Of a stretch of DNA of 64,000 nt, positions 50,087 to 64,000 are shown in pieces. The notes beneath the pieces are model-generated. The model was not told the DNA's origin. It made no database searches and saw only the letters and a list, made by a program, of their open reading frames with translations. This stretch comes from Saprolegnia diclina VS20 (lineage: Eukaryota). The stretch's first letter is position 1. The number at the start of each line of letters is the position of its first letter. The stretch is taken from positions 435,749 to 499,748 of the forward strand of contig NW_008246085.1 of NCBI RefSeq assembly GCF_000281045.1. Reading direction: 5' to 3'. The position numbers were made by a program, and so were the translations under genes.

Positions 50087-52655
50087 TCATTTGCGACTCG
50101 ACCGGAGCTTCTCGGCGCGGGCTTTGGCCAAGTCTTTCTTCAGCGCATAGCGCTTGGCGGCCGAGAGCCCCGGGTCTTCGAGCTGCGCCTCGAGGGCTGC
50201 GATTGGTCCGTCGTACGGCGACGCCTCGGGCTCCCGCGGCGTCGTCGTCCGCGTCACCGCTGCTGGGCTTGCAGCGGGCGGTGAAGTGCGTTGAAGGTGG
50301 TCGTGCACGGGCGACGGCGGTGGCGGATCGCCTTGCGCGTTGCAGTCGCGCGTCGCAAGAATCTGTGCAATCTCTTCGGGCAGCAGCTTGTTTTTGAGGT
50401 AACTCATGATTTCGTCCGTGCCCTTGTTGACTGTCGCGATGCGCACGGTGCGCTGGGGGTTGCCGCTAATGTACAGCGCCTTGAGCTTGGGGCAGAGTCC
50501 GAGCTCGGCCGGGATCTACACGTCCTTTGATTCTTCGAACCGATCGATATTTCTACCGCTTGGAGGCTGTTGTTTTCAACCGACAAGGACGAGAGCGTCG
50601 GCGCTTCGAAGATTGTGCCCAGATCCGTCAGCTGCCGATACATAACGTCATACATCGGAAATGCAATAGCCACGGTACCTTGTTGTCGGAGGCGCTGACG
50701 ATCGAGAGCGCCTTCATGAGACGCCACGGCATGCCTGCGAGCGTCGAGAGACGGTTGAACGACAGCAGCAACGTGTTCAAGCTCGACAGTTGGTGTAAGT
50801 TGGCTGGAAGCATACTGAGCGCGTTATTGCGAACGTCCAGCTCCTACGTACTAACGTCAGAACCTGACTGAACCAGGACGATCCTGCCTTGAGCTTCATG
50901 CGCGCGTGGAAGGCACCAGCGAATGTGTGCTCGGTCAGCGAATTCTTGCGCAAACGGAGGTACACCAGGTGGGGGAGCCCCAACACACTCGTTGGCAGCG
51001 CTTCGAGCCGGCAGTCCTCCGCGACGAGCGTCGTTATCTGCAAACAGAGGCCAAGTTCGTCGGGAAGAGCGCAGAGGCCTGTCTTCGACAGTGTGAGCGA
51101 TGTGAGACTCGACGTGAGTGGCTCAAAACTCCACACTTCTTGCGGCACAGCGCTCAATCTACGAGCTTAGTCATGAAATAAGAACGGATTTTCAGAAGTT
51201 GGCACCGCTGCGACGTCAAGTCGAGACTTCCAGACGCAGCCGCTTCCATAAAGACGTGGTTGTCGACACCTGACGCACTCGGTGCCTGCAGCGTGAACTC
51301 GTCCGTCTCTTCGTCCATCGCGTCGACACCGACGGGCGGCTTGCCGCGGGTGCGAAGGTATTTCTTGAGGGCTTCGCAGCCTGCCGATAAGACCGAGCGC
51401 CGAATGGCCCTACGCAGGCTCGTACATGCGTGGGTGAGCAGGAGAGCAGTCGTACCGCATCGAGTTGCCATCGACGAGGATGTGGTTGAGGCCTTTGAGA
51501 TACCCCAGACCTACGTTGTGTGAGATCGATTCGACTAGTGACATGAGTCGACCAGGAGGCAGGTCCGAGAGGTCGTTGTTGCTCAGATCCAGTGTTTTGA
51601 GGCGGTAGAGCTGCGCGAGACCATCGGGCACGGCCGTGAGCTTGTTATCGCGCAAATCGAGCACCGTCAAGTGGTGCTGAGCGCGCACGAGCGACGTTTC
51701 GTCAATCGATTCGAGCAGGTTGAACCCCAAGAAGAGCTGGTCCACGCTGCATGCTTCGAGCGGCAGCTCTGGGAAGCGCACCAGACGGTTCTGGCGCAGG
51801 TCTAGAAATTTCAGACTGCGCGTCTGCTGGAGGCAGCCCTGGAGCGACGAGAGCTTGTTTTTGCTCAGATCCAAGTTGGCCAGTGCGCGGAGCTGGCTCA
51901 TCGACTCCGGGACCGACTCGAGTTGGTTGCCTGGCGCCGTGAGCACAGTCAGTTTTTGGAGTCCGCCTGCGGAAATACTGAGCGCTGCATGCACAGTAGC
52001 GCCGTACCGAGTGTGGTCGGGAGAGCTCGCAAGAGATTGTCATCCACCCGCAGCACCTCGAGGGCCTGGAGCTGTTCGATCGAGTCGGGCAGCGTCGTGA
52101 GCTTGTTGCCCGACAGAATGATTTCCTTGAGCTGCGTGAGCTGTCCGAGCTTCTCGGTGAAGCCGCCGCTGAGCGCGTTGCTACATCAAATATGCCACGT
52201 GAATTGCATGGAGAAACGACTTGCGCCAACGAACTTGCTCACGTCCAAGAACGCCAGTGTCGAGAGCGAAAAAAGCTCGGGCGGGAGCGACGTGAGCTTG
52301 TTCTGGCACAGCTTGAGCCAGAGGAGGCCGGTCACGAGCGCAATACTGTGGGGCACCGCAGTAATCTCGTTGTGGCTCAAGTCGATCTTGACCAAGTCGA
52401 CGCACTCCCAGACCTTCTCGTCCTACGCACGGTGAAGCGGCCGCACGTGGATCGACGAGCGCGCACCGGATCCATCGAGTCCTGCAGGTGGCAGGCTTCG
52501 TCGGGAAAGGTCGCAAGGCCTCGCGCTGGCAGCGAGAGGAAGCCCGACTTCCTAGCCTGGCGGAAGGCCTTCTTGCTGCCGCCTCCATCGACGAGCCCGT
52601 CGGCCCTCGCGTCCTGGGCCGCGCGGAACGCCCGCTTGGCTGCGACGGTGTGCAT
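50087..52655 (-). CDS. LRRC40: Leucine-rich repeat protein, LRRC40-like, many exons
   Basis: QARKSGFLSLPARGL..FP..EKVWECVDLVKIDLSHNEI N-terminus, many LxxLxLxxN repeats and GCEALKKYLR / GTDEIMSYLK caps. Confidence 0.8.
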
Positions 52656-52759
52656 GGATCCAAAAATGCCACGTCTGGGATTGGCTGAAATCGGATCGAA
52701 ATGGACCAATGGCCTTGTTGGAGATTTGGCACGTGAAGGCCCACGAGCAGCTGCGGACG

Positions 52760-55690
52760 ATGGCGCCGTACTGGCTCGAGTTTGAGAAGGAGATGATGGA
52801 GAACCTCATGCTGGAGCGGGACATCATGGTGGTCATGGCGAAAGGCCTCGCCCAGCGCACGCTGCTCACCAACTTCTTGCGCCTCCACGGTGTGCCCACG
52901 AACCTTGTGCTGTGTCTGAACGCGACCGACACGGCCGAGCTCTACGTCGAGGCGCTCACGATGCAAGGCGTCCCGCTCGACCAGCTACCAAAAGTAGGTT
53001 TTGCGTGACATCACCCTGGCGGGATCGGCATTGCGCTATGCGACTAGATCATCACCAACAAGTGCACGGTGCAGGAGCGCAAGCAGCTCTACAAGGAAGG
53101 CGGGTGCTTCTTCATTACGTCTCGCATCCTCGTGGTCGACTTGCTCAACCAATCCATCGATGTCCCGGTAGACCATTGTTGATGTGTCCCGCCGAGTGCT
53201 CATCTTCTCCTAGATGATTTCGGGGCTGCTCGTCTGTGACGCGCACCGCGTCACGGACACGTCGGTCGAGGCCTTCATTCTGCGTCTCTATCGAGAGATG
53301 AATCGGACCGGGTTCGTCAAGGCCTTCTCGGAAGACGCGTACGCCTTTGCCTCGGGCTTCCACAAGGTCGAGCAGGTGATGAAGCTCCTGTACCTTCGCA
53401 AGCTCCTCCTCTACCCGCGCTTTCACATGGCCGTGCACTCGGTGCTGGACCAACACTCGCCCGAGGTCTACGAGATTGAAGTCAGCCTCACGCCACTCAT
53501 GAAGGACATACAAGCTGCGCTGCTTGTCGCGCTCGAAGCGACGCTCAACGAGCTCAAGCGCGGTTGCAAGGACCTTGACGAAACCGAGCTCACAATGAAG
53601 AACGCACTAACAAAAGCCCTTGAATTTCAGCTCAAGAAGCAGGTGCGTTCGCATGCACCGCCTACACCTCCGATCTGGACGCTAGTTGAGCGCCATTTGG
53701 CACCGGCTGCCGCACAAAACCAAGCAGCTCACGAGCGACCTCACGGTGCTGCGCCAGGTACAGAGAGTGTTATCCTTTGACGATCTCATCGAGGTTAGCT
53801 ACTCGCGTACTTGACGCGCTACGACGCCATCACATTTTATAGCTTTCTCCTCGCGCAAAAGGCGCAAAGCGGGAACCAGCGCACGCCGTCACCGTGGCTC
53901 TTCACCGCCGCCGCGGACCGCCTCTTTATCGCAGCCAAGAAGCGGCTGTACACGATCAACACCAAGAAGGACGCTGTGATCGAGCTCACGCTCGAAGCCA
54001 ACTCAAAATGGCAGTCGCTAAACGAGCTACTGACCGAGATCCGTGACGCACCAGCGACAAGTACCGTCACCGGCGGCGCTACGACCCTTATCCTTGTCCG
54101 GGACGAACGCACGTGCGCCCAGCTGCGCGAGTTTCTCTATTGCGGCGGCACCGACATGCTGCAGCGTCGGTTCCGGCAGTACCTCCAGCAAAAAGGCGGG
54201 AATTCCTTCTCGACCGAGCACCAGCTGCTTCTCCACGCATGCGGCATCGCGCCGGTGGCGCACAAGGCTAGCTCTAGCAAGCGCAAGGCCGTGACGGCCA
54301 CGAACGAGCCGCTCCCGAGCGAAATGGCGTCGTACGGGCTCTCAATGGACGAGCTCGTCAAACTAAGGTGCCAACGTATTCACGCATCGGGCTCACGCAA
54401 GACGTAGCCAAGACGACGTGGTCAAGAAGGCCAAACCATCGGTGCCGCTGTCCGTGCTCGACCGGAAGGACCACCTCGTCATTTGCACGTACGCGCAGGC
54501 AAAGCGGTGTGCGACGCTCCTCCACGACGTGCAGCCCGAACACGTGATTCTGTACGACCCGGACGTCGCGTTCATTCGCGAGCTGGAAGTGTACCACGCG
54601 CACTACGCCGACGACCCGCTCAGCGTCTACTTTATGGTCTACGAAGAGAGCGCCGAGCAGCAAGCGTACTTGACCGAAGTTCAACGCGAAAAGGTATTAG
54701 GTCGAGAGACTATGCAGCTCATATGAAGGTTGTAGGAGGCCTTTGAGAAACTCATTCGACAAAAAGAGCACATGGTGATCCCGCTCAACGTCTTTGACAT
54801 CCCGGCGCACATCAAGGCCAAGCAGGCGCCGCAGTACAGCTTGGACACGCGGACAGGTGGCCGCGCGCGCGTCCAGCTCGTGTCGCACAGCGTCATTGTC
54901 GACGTCCGCGAGTTTCGGTCGGCGCTGCCGTCGATGCTGCACAAGGAAGGCATGGTCTTGCACCCCGTGACGCTCGAGGTGGGGGACTACATACTCTCGT
55001 CGCAAATGTGCGTCGAGCGCAAGTCCATCAGCGATCTTTTTGGCTCGCTCAACAATGGCCGCCTCTTCAACCAAGCCGAAATGATGATCCGCCACTACCA
55101 GGTCGACTGGTCGGAGAGACACGGCACCTCAACACACGCTGTAGACGCCGCTCTTGCTCATCGAGTTCAACCCCGAAAAACCCTTTGCGCTCCAGGTACC
55201 TCGAGCAAGCGCCTAGGTGCTGTACGCACCTTGTTATATAATAGGAAGCCGGCGAGATCACGAGCGATATCAAGCACAACAGCATCACGTCCAAGTTGAG
55301 TCTCCTTGTCCTCCACTTTCCTCAGGTAGGCAAGGCGTCGATTCTGCGGTAGTCATGGCCGGGTAGCTTCGTTTTCTCTGGTCCAAGTCACCCCACGCGA
55401 CAGTCGAGCTCTTTCGACTCGTCAAGAAAGGCCAAGACGACCCGGACGTCGAGGCCGCGATGGCCGCTGGGTCGGCGACCTCGGGCGGCTCGTCGTTCTA
55501 CAACATGAATGCGGTCGATGTCCTGCGCAAGCTCCCGGGGATCACGGCGCACAACTACCGCAAGGTCGCCGCTCACTGTCGCACTCTCGCGGACCTGAGC
55601 AAGATGACGCTGGCCGACCTCGACCCACTCCTTGGGCCCTCGAACGCCAAGAAGCTCCATCGCTTCTTCCACCACAACGTCAACGGGTAG
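52760..55690 (+). CDS. ERCC4: DNA repair endonuclease XPF (ERCC4/Rad1), many exons
   Basis: MAPYWLEFEKEM start (alternative ATG at 52709), ITSRILVVDLL, EAFILRLYR, VIVDVREFRSALP, GDY, VERKSISDLFGSL and C-terminal HhH (LRKLPGI). Confidence 0.95.
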
Positions 55691-56020
55691 TACCTCGGGA
55701 TACTCTAGCTACGGCACTGGTATTATTTGTGAATTTGCCCAGGACTACAAAACAACAAGGTCGCAAATAATAGCAAGCTCCTTTATACGAGGAACGTGGT
55801 CTTCCTGTGGGATGCTCCTACAAGTATACGTGGCGATCGAAACTACGCTCAAGCATTTTGGCGCCAACGCTGTGCTGTGCAATGTCGCGCCACGACTGCA
55901 TGGATGTGAAGAAGGTGTTTTTCACGGTGGGAAACCGAATTTCAGTGAGTTTCGGTCCTGTCCTATTTTCAGGCAAAAGCCGAATTCCATTCGATTCCAG
56001 TCCTTGAATCTCGAAACTTG

Positions 56021-57707
56021 ATGAGCGCGATGTTTCGCGGCCAGCGCGAGATGTCGACGTGGCGGATCGCCGCCGGACGCATGCAGCGCAAATGGGTTGG
56101 CATGAAGCAGGTACGCTCCGTGGGCATGACGCAGCATGGCTCAGACTCGCATGTATGGCGCAGCGAACTACGTGGCGCTTCAAGCAGCGCAAGAGCGGCG
56201 TCGTCTTCCAAGTCGACGGCAAGGACGCGCCTGGCGAGATGCATCTTCGCGTATGTATCTCTACGCTAGGCTGCGCGCGGGCTGATTGTAGCATGAGCAG
56301 GGCAAGAACGTACCGCTGGACGATCTCTCATTTTGCCACAACGTGCTCGCCAACGCGTCGCCCGAGACGCTCAATGGCATCCTCGGCGCCATCTCGCCCG
56401 AAGGCTCGGACCGCTTTTGCACGACCATGACGTGCTTCATGTTCCACAACTGCGCGCCGCGCGTCCGCTCCATGGTGCTCGACGTGCTCAGCAAGTCCCG
56501 GCTGCCCGACATCTCGTACGACGTCGCGTCTTGTTGATCACACTATACTCGTGACTAGGCTACCAAACCGCGGCGTGATCATTCGATCTATCCAACAGCA
56601 ACTGCTTTCACCGCTGGTGCGGCAGAAGTCCGAGTACCAGACCGCGGCCTTCAACATCCTCAAGGGCACGCATGGCGTCGACCTCACGCTTCTGAAGGAA
56701 GATATCAATGCCGAGAACTCGCTGAATGCACTTCAAGACGGCTTTCGCGGCGGCGACCTCTACCAACTCATCTACGGCGCCAAGGATATGACGCAGGTCG
56801 TCTCGGTTATGCAGCACATCGCCGTCGAGTCGCTCAAGGTGTCGATGGCGCATTCACACAAGCCGCTCATCAAGATCATGAGCGACATCGACGACACCCT
56901 CTTTGCAGGGTACGTCTCTTGTGCGCTTTGGCGTTGACGTTGGCGCGTAGGTGGGCAGACCAGCGGTACCCGGCGCACGTGTTGTACCCTGGCGTCTCGC
57001 ATCTCTACCGCTCGATCGCGCACGGTGTCGACAAGGCGCCGTCAGTGACCTTCCTCACAGCCCGGCCGCGCGGCTTCTTTAGCCTCGGACGCACGCTCAC
57101 GGCCGACCACCTCGTGAGCCTCGGCATGACCAACCCCACCGTCCTCAACGGGTCCGTGCAAGGCCTTGTGAGCAACGCCAAGATTGCTGGGTATCTCTTG
57201 CTTTCTTGCGTGAAATTCTCACATTTCTACCATCGACTAGCCTCAAGCTCCAGAACTTTGAGCGCTACGCGACGCTCTTTCCCGAGTACAAGTTTGTGTT
57301 TTTTGGGGACGCGGGCCAAGGCGATGCGCTCCTCGCATCGCGGCTGCTGCATCTGTACCCGGACAAGGTCCCCGCCGTCTTCATCCACGACATTGCGCCG
57401 CAGGAGGAGACGACGGGCGACGGCGGCGCCAAGGACACCTACCGCGCGTACGTACCAAGTTCGACGACCACGTATGCGATGTGGCTTGTAGGCAAGGCGT
57501 CGTGTTCTACGAAACCTATGCGGGCGCGGGTCTGGCTGCGTATGAGAAAGGGCTTGTCTCGAGAGAAGCATTGCTCTCGCTTCTCGACGCGTGCACGACC
57601 GAGCTCGACCAAGTCCCGTTCCTCGGCGCCCACGGCCCAGACAAGCGCGCTCGCCGTTTGAGCGAACTCGACACCGACCGTCAAAAGATCCAGCAGCTCT
57701 CACGTTG

Positions 57708-57711
<4 letters not shown>
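56021..57711 (+). CDS. App1-like phosphatidate phosphatase domain protein (HAD DxDxT), many exons
   Basis: KIMSDIDDTL, LYPGV, TFLTARP, FPEYKFVFFGDAGQGD, VFIHDI. Start codon uncertain. Confidence 0.75.
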
Positions 57712-59804
<2,093 letters not shown>

Positions 59805-61047
59805 GGCCGCAGTGGGATAAAAATACAAGATACACCGGTTCAAGATGCCCGATGCAAACCACGGCGAGCCGTATTTTAATCGGCTCGCACGGTGTTTTTA
59901 ATGCAATCTAAACCAACGCCATACTGACATCCAGTGAATTGGCTGGTGTTTTCTACCTTTATTGTATTTCGACAAAACAGTTCATCGCCGGGACAAAACC
60001 GTCGAACATTAGCCGCGTGCATTTTATTGCAGTGGCCGCGAGGCTTGCATACAATATGCAAGGTATTTACTCACAACGTCGGTTTATTATTACGGTCGGA
60101 GAACGAACCAATCGGCGACAACGTCAACCCTACGGCGCAACCGTTCGGCTCGAAGCGGCTTGAAACCGATAGCAACGGTTTCAGCCACCAGACCACCGCG
60201 TCGATCGATACGCATATGATCGCACGTGCTCTTAGCTTGCTACACTTAAAGGTTTTTGCCGTTGCAGTCTGGACGATCGCTGAAATCCGCTGTCAATTTT
60301 GTGCGATTTTGATGTCTCTGATGCATGCTCCAAGTAATATGCAGCTTGAGTTGCCCTCGCTCTTGGGCTGTCACTTGTCGTGGTTGATGGATCGACTGCT
60401 TTAGCGCGCTAACGCAAGCCAACGCCAAGCGTCTTCTGTGCAAGGGTTACATGCAGACCAAGCTCACAGTGCTGCAGCCAATTCTCAACTTCAAACGGTT
60501 ACGGAGCACACGGCACACGGCAGTCAGCGGGGAAGGGCCAATCGCAATACATATATCAACGTGTTCGGAATTATCTTCGTTATTACACGAAGCCTTCGCA
60601 TATAGCGCTACGCCCCAATACGTGGTAGTTGGCACAATCGCAATAGCGGACTCCATAACAACAAGGGAGTTTGGCGCGATCTAGACCACCTCACTAATTT
60701 GATAGTAGTGTATCACTTAACATGTCCAACGAAGTGTAGCCCGAATGTCAACATTTGACCCTGAAAGGAGGACGCTCGCAAACCTAACAGCTCGATTCAT
60801 GCCAGCAGTCGACGATATAGACTGGTAGAAACTAGGAAGATCGGCGTCGCCTTTTCTACGAGCTGTCGGCGTCCTGCAAGAGCGTCGCTTTGCAAGCTTC
60901 CTGTATCCGTATACACCAAAATGCCAAAATATTGCTGAAGCAGATGTGTATTTTTTGGACCCCCCCACGGGACGCTCGGTTCGGGGGTGCACCCAAATAT
61001 TTTCTTGTCCCCACCGTCCGCCGCAGTTGACGCTCCACGGTCGACGC

Positions 61048-63687
61048 ATGCAGTTCCTCAAGAGCACCGTCATGGGCCTCGGCTCCGCCTTCACGATGGG
61101 CAGCGTCGGAGGCCTTCCATTCTCGCTCGAGTCCGCCGAGCCTGCCTACGATGCGGGGCTTCCGGACTTTCTCCTGCTTCGCGGCAAAGCCAAGGCCGAC
61201 GGCAGTAGCGTCGCGGTCTTCAAGTCCAAGCTGCCCTCGAATGCGCTAGCGCAGAACGCTCTGCGGCGCATTAAGACGCTTCGCCACCCGAATGTCCTCG
61301 CCTACATCGTACGTCGGCGTCCTCGGTCCATGTAGGCTCATGATGATGCGGCGTAGGATGGCATTGACGTGCCCAACAACGGCCACGTGTTCATCGTCAC
61401 CGAAGACGTCGTACCATTGAACGCCTACCTCGACGACATCCGCGCCGAATATGGTGCCAACAGCAACGAGGAGAAGGTCCTCCTCGCTTGGGGGCTTCGG
61501 TCGATCCTCGGCGCGCTCAAGTTTATCAACAACGACGTCAAGCTCATTCATGGCCGACTGAACCCGACCAGCATCTTTGTCACCAAGGTAGCGCTCGTGC
61601 TCCCATATACGCGCATACGTATGTGTTATGCTAGGGCGGCGAGTGGAAGCTCGGCGGCTTTGAACTCACGGGCGAGCCCAACATGAGTGCGCCGTTCGTC
61701 CAGCACGACCACACGGTGGACCCGCGCTTCGAGGCACCCGGTACGCCTCCCAATCGAGCTCTGTTCGTTCTTAGAGTCTGCGTAGAGTGCGCCCGCCGGG
61801 ACTGGTCGTCTGTGGCGTCGTCGCCCACGTACGCGGTGGATATGTATGCGCTCGCGTGCCTCATCATTTATCTGCACCACCCGTCGTTCTCGTCGCCGAG
61901 CGATGCGAGTCGCGTTCCGTCCGGTCTCTCGACGGTGGTCAAGCGCAGCACGGACGCGACGGCCACGCGGCGCCTCAACCCCGAACAGGCGCTGCAGAGC
62001 GCGTACTTTGAGTCGCACTTTTTGCGGCAAATGACATTTCTCGACGAGCTCGCCATCAAGTCGCCGGACGAAAAGGTCGAGTTTTACAAAGATCTGAGTG
62101 CAAGCATCGACGCTCTGCCCAAGCACACGGCCGTCTTCAAGGTCCTTCCAGCGCTCAAGGCGATTGTCGACTTTGGCGTCGCGACGGGCGGCAAGGCCGG
62201 TGGCAACTACAAGCTCGATCCGTCCGAGAGTCATATGTTGCCGGCCATGGTCAAGATCGGAAACCAGCTCTCGGTACGTACCTCGAGCATAGCATTGCAG
62301 CATGGAACCGTTTGTGTAGCCGGACGAATTCAAAGACCAAGTGCTGCCGACGCTCATCAAGCTCTTTGGCTGCAACGACCGCGCCGTGCGCCTCCAGCTG
62401 CTGCAGATGATGGAGTCGTTCGCGGTGCACTTTGATGCCAAGCTCGTCAACAGCAACGTTATCTTTGACAATATCTGCACCGGTTTCCATGATACGTCGG
62501 CCGTCTTGCGCGAGTACACGGTCAAGAGCATGCTGCACATCGCCGACAAGCTCTCCGACTCCAACTTGAATACGAAGCTCATGAAGTTCTTTGCCAAGCT
62601 CCAGGTTACCCTTTGCAAAATATATGGTTGCTGACATGCCGAGGCAGACGGACCCGGAACCTGCCATTCGCACCAACACGACGATTTGCCTGGGCAAGAT
62701 CGCGCCGCATCTCAGCGCCGCCACGCGAGCCAAAGTGCTCTTGCCCGCGTTCTGCCGCGCCCTTAAAGACCCGTTCCCGCACGCACGTCTCGCAGGCTTG
62801 CGCACACTGGTCGCTTGCGACGTACGTGCTCTCCCCCATGGCGCAAGTCTCAGTGCTCCCATTTTTGTAGGAGTACTTTACGTACCAAGACGTTGCTTGC
62901 GCCATCATCCCTGCGATCGCGCCGCTCATGCTCGACATTTCGCCCAGCGTCCGCGACGAGGTCGACTCGCGATCCTCGGCAAAGTTGCATCATTCCTGCG
63001 TAGACGCTGACGTGCATGGCTGATTACATTAAGAAGATCCAGGACGAAGCCGCCCAAATGAAGCTGCGCGAGGCCGACGAAGAGCGCGAGCGCCAGTTGC
63101 ACGAAGCTGCCAACCCTGTTGTGCCCGACACGGCGCCGGTCTCGAGTACCTCGTCCGCGTCGTGGCAGCAGCCAAAACCTGCTGCCTTCAGCGCGCCGAT
63201 CTCGGCAAATGACTTCAATGACGACGGTGACGACGCGTGGGGCGACGACCTCGACGATTTGACGAGCCCAACGACAACGACACCAGCGACATCTTTTACG
63301 ACTACCAGTGCGTCGTGGTCGACACCCGCTCCAAGCACGTTCGCATCCTCTGCACGGCAAGCGCCTTTGGCACCAAAGCCGTTACACGTGACGCCGCCCA
63401 AGCCGTTGCAGCCTGCGGCGGCCAAGGACGATTTCTTTGGCGACTGGGGCGCGCCGTCGTCAACGGGGTCGTCCGCGTCGCGCACGAGCTCGGGGTCGCT
63501 GAGTTTGCAAAAACCGTCTGCGTCAGTTGGGTTCAGCAGTGCGAGTGCGTCGCCTATCAAGCCAGCCGAGCCCAAAAAGTCGCTCCAGGACCGCCGGTCC
63601 GAGGCGAAAGCCAAGCGAGAACCCCTCGGCGCGTTGAAGCTCCAGAACAAGCCCAAGGGCGGCGACAACTGGGACTGGGATATGTAG
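61048..63687 (+). CDS. SCYL1: SCY1-like pseudokinase with HEAT repeats (SCYL1/Cex1)
   Basis: AQNALRRIKTLRHPNVL, IHG, WKLGGFEL, HEAT region (DRAVRLQLL, DPEPAIRTNTTICLGKIA, RALKDPFPHARLAG) and low-complexity tail with DAWGDD / DNWDWD. Confidence 0.92.
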
Positions 63688-63886
63688 CCACCTTGTATGC
63701 AGCGCTCGTAGACTATCGGGTATTCCCAACGCGACCACCCGTCTTCTTCCTTCAACATGGATCCTTTCGCCTTCTCTCGCCAGAGCCTGCCACGTGGCAT
63801 GAGGTCACTGCCTTCGGAAACGGCTCGATTGGCGTGGCGCGCCGCGATTGGGCCACCGAGGATTGCGGCATGAAACCGCTCAGCTC

Positions 63887-64000
63887 TTAGAGCTCGTGCG
63901 GGTCGTCCCGCAGGACCAGGACCATGGCGTGCATCGAAGCGAGCGCGTCGAAGCGCGCCATGCCCTCGTCTCACGCTGCCCATCCCGCTCACGAGATGAT
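63887..64000 (-). CDS. Possible last exon of a gene entering from beyond the window
   Basis: Codon-biased reading EGMARFDALASMHAMVLVLRDDPHEL-TAA. The splice acceptor is uncertain. Confidence 0.3.

Overview
Gene-dense, GC-rich eukaryotic genomic DNA, most likely an oomycete of the Saprolegniales type. This is an inference from the many ~35-60 nt GT(AC)...(C/T)AG introns, strong C/G-ending codon bias, CCAAT-rich short promoters and a GPCR-INPP fusion gene. About 28 protein-coding genes can be read, most of them spliced: a STE20/GCK-III kinase, a DRP1-type dynamin, a stand-alone ATCase, RPS12, DYRK1- and YAK1-type kinases, a BMT5-like methyltransferase, two divergent Slo/BK-like K+ channels, a signal-peptide + Cys-rich + ankyrin protein, PRCP, two tandem Fbs-type F-box/FBA genes, a HAT/TPR protein, an LRR-IQ-WW-EF-hand protein, a SAPS-PH-SnoaL-like protein, ECHDC3, GPCR-INPP, WDR24, a Cys-rich type I membrane protein, LRRC40, XPF, an App1-like phosphatase and SCYL1. 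The clearest non-coding structure is a symmetric 436-bp foldback element (20200-20635). Its terminal TATCCGGA motifs recur in several intergenic/promoter regions. No tRNA, rRNA or CRISPR array was found. Gene boundaries and splice sites were read by eye, and family assignments rest on recalled motifs, not database searches.
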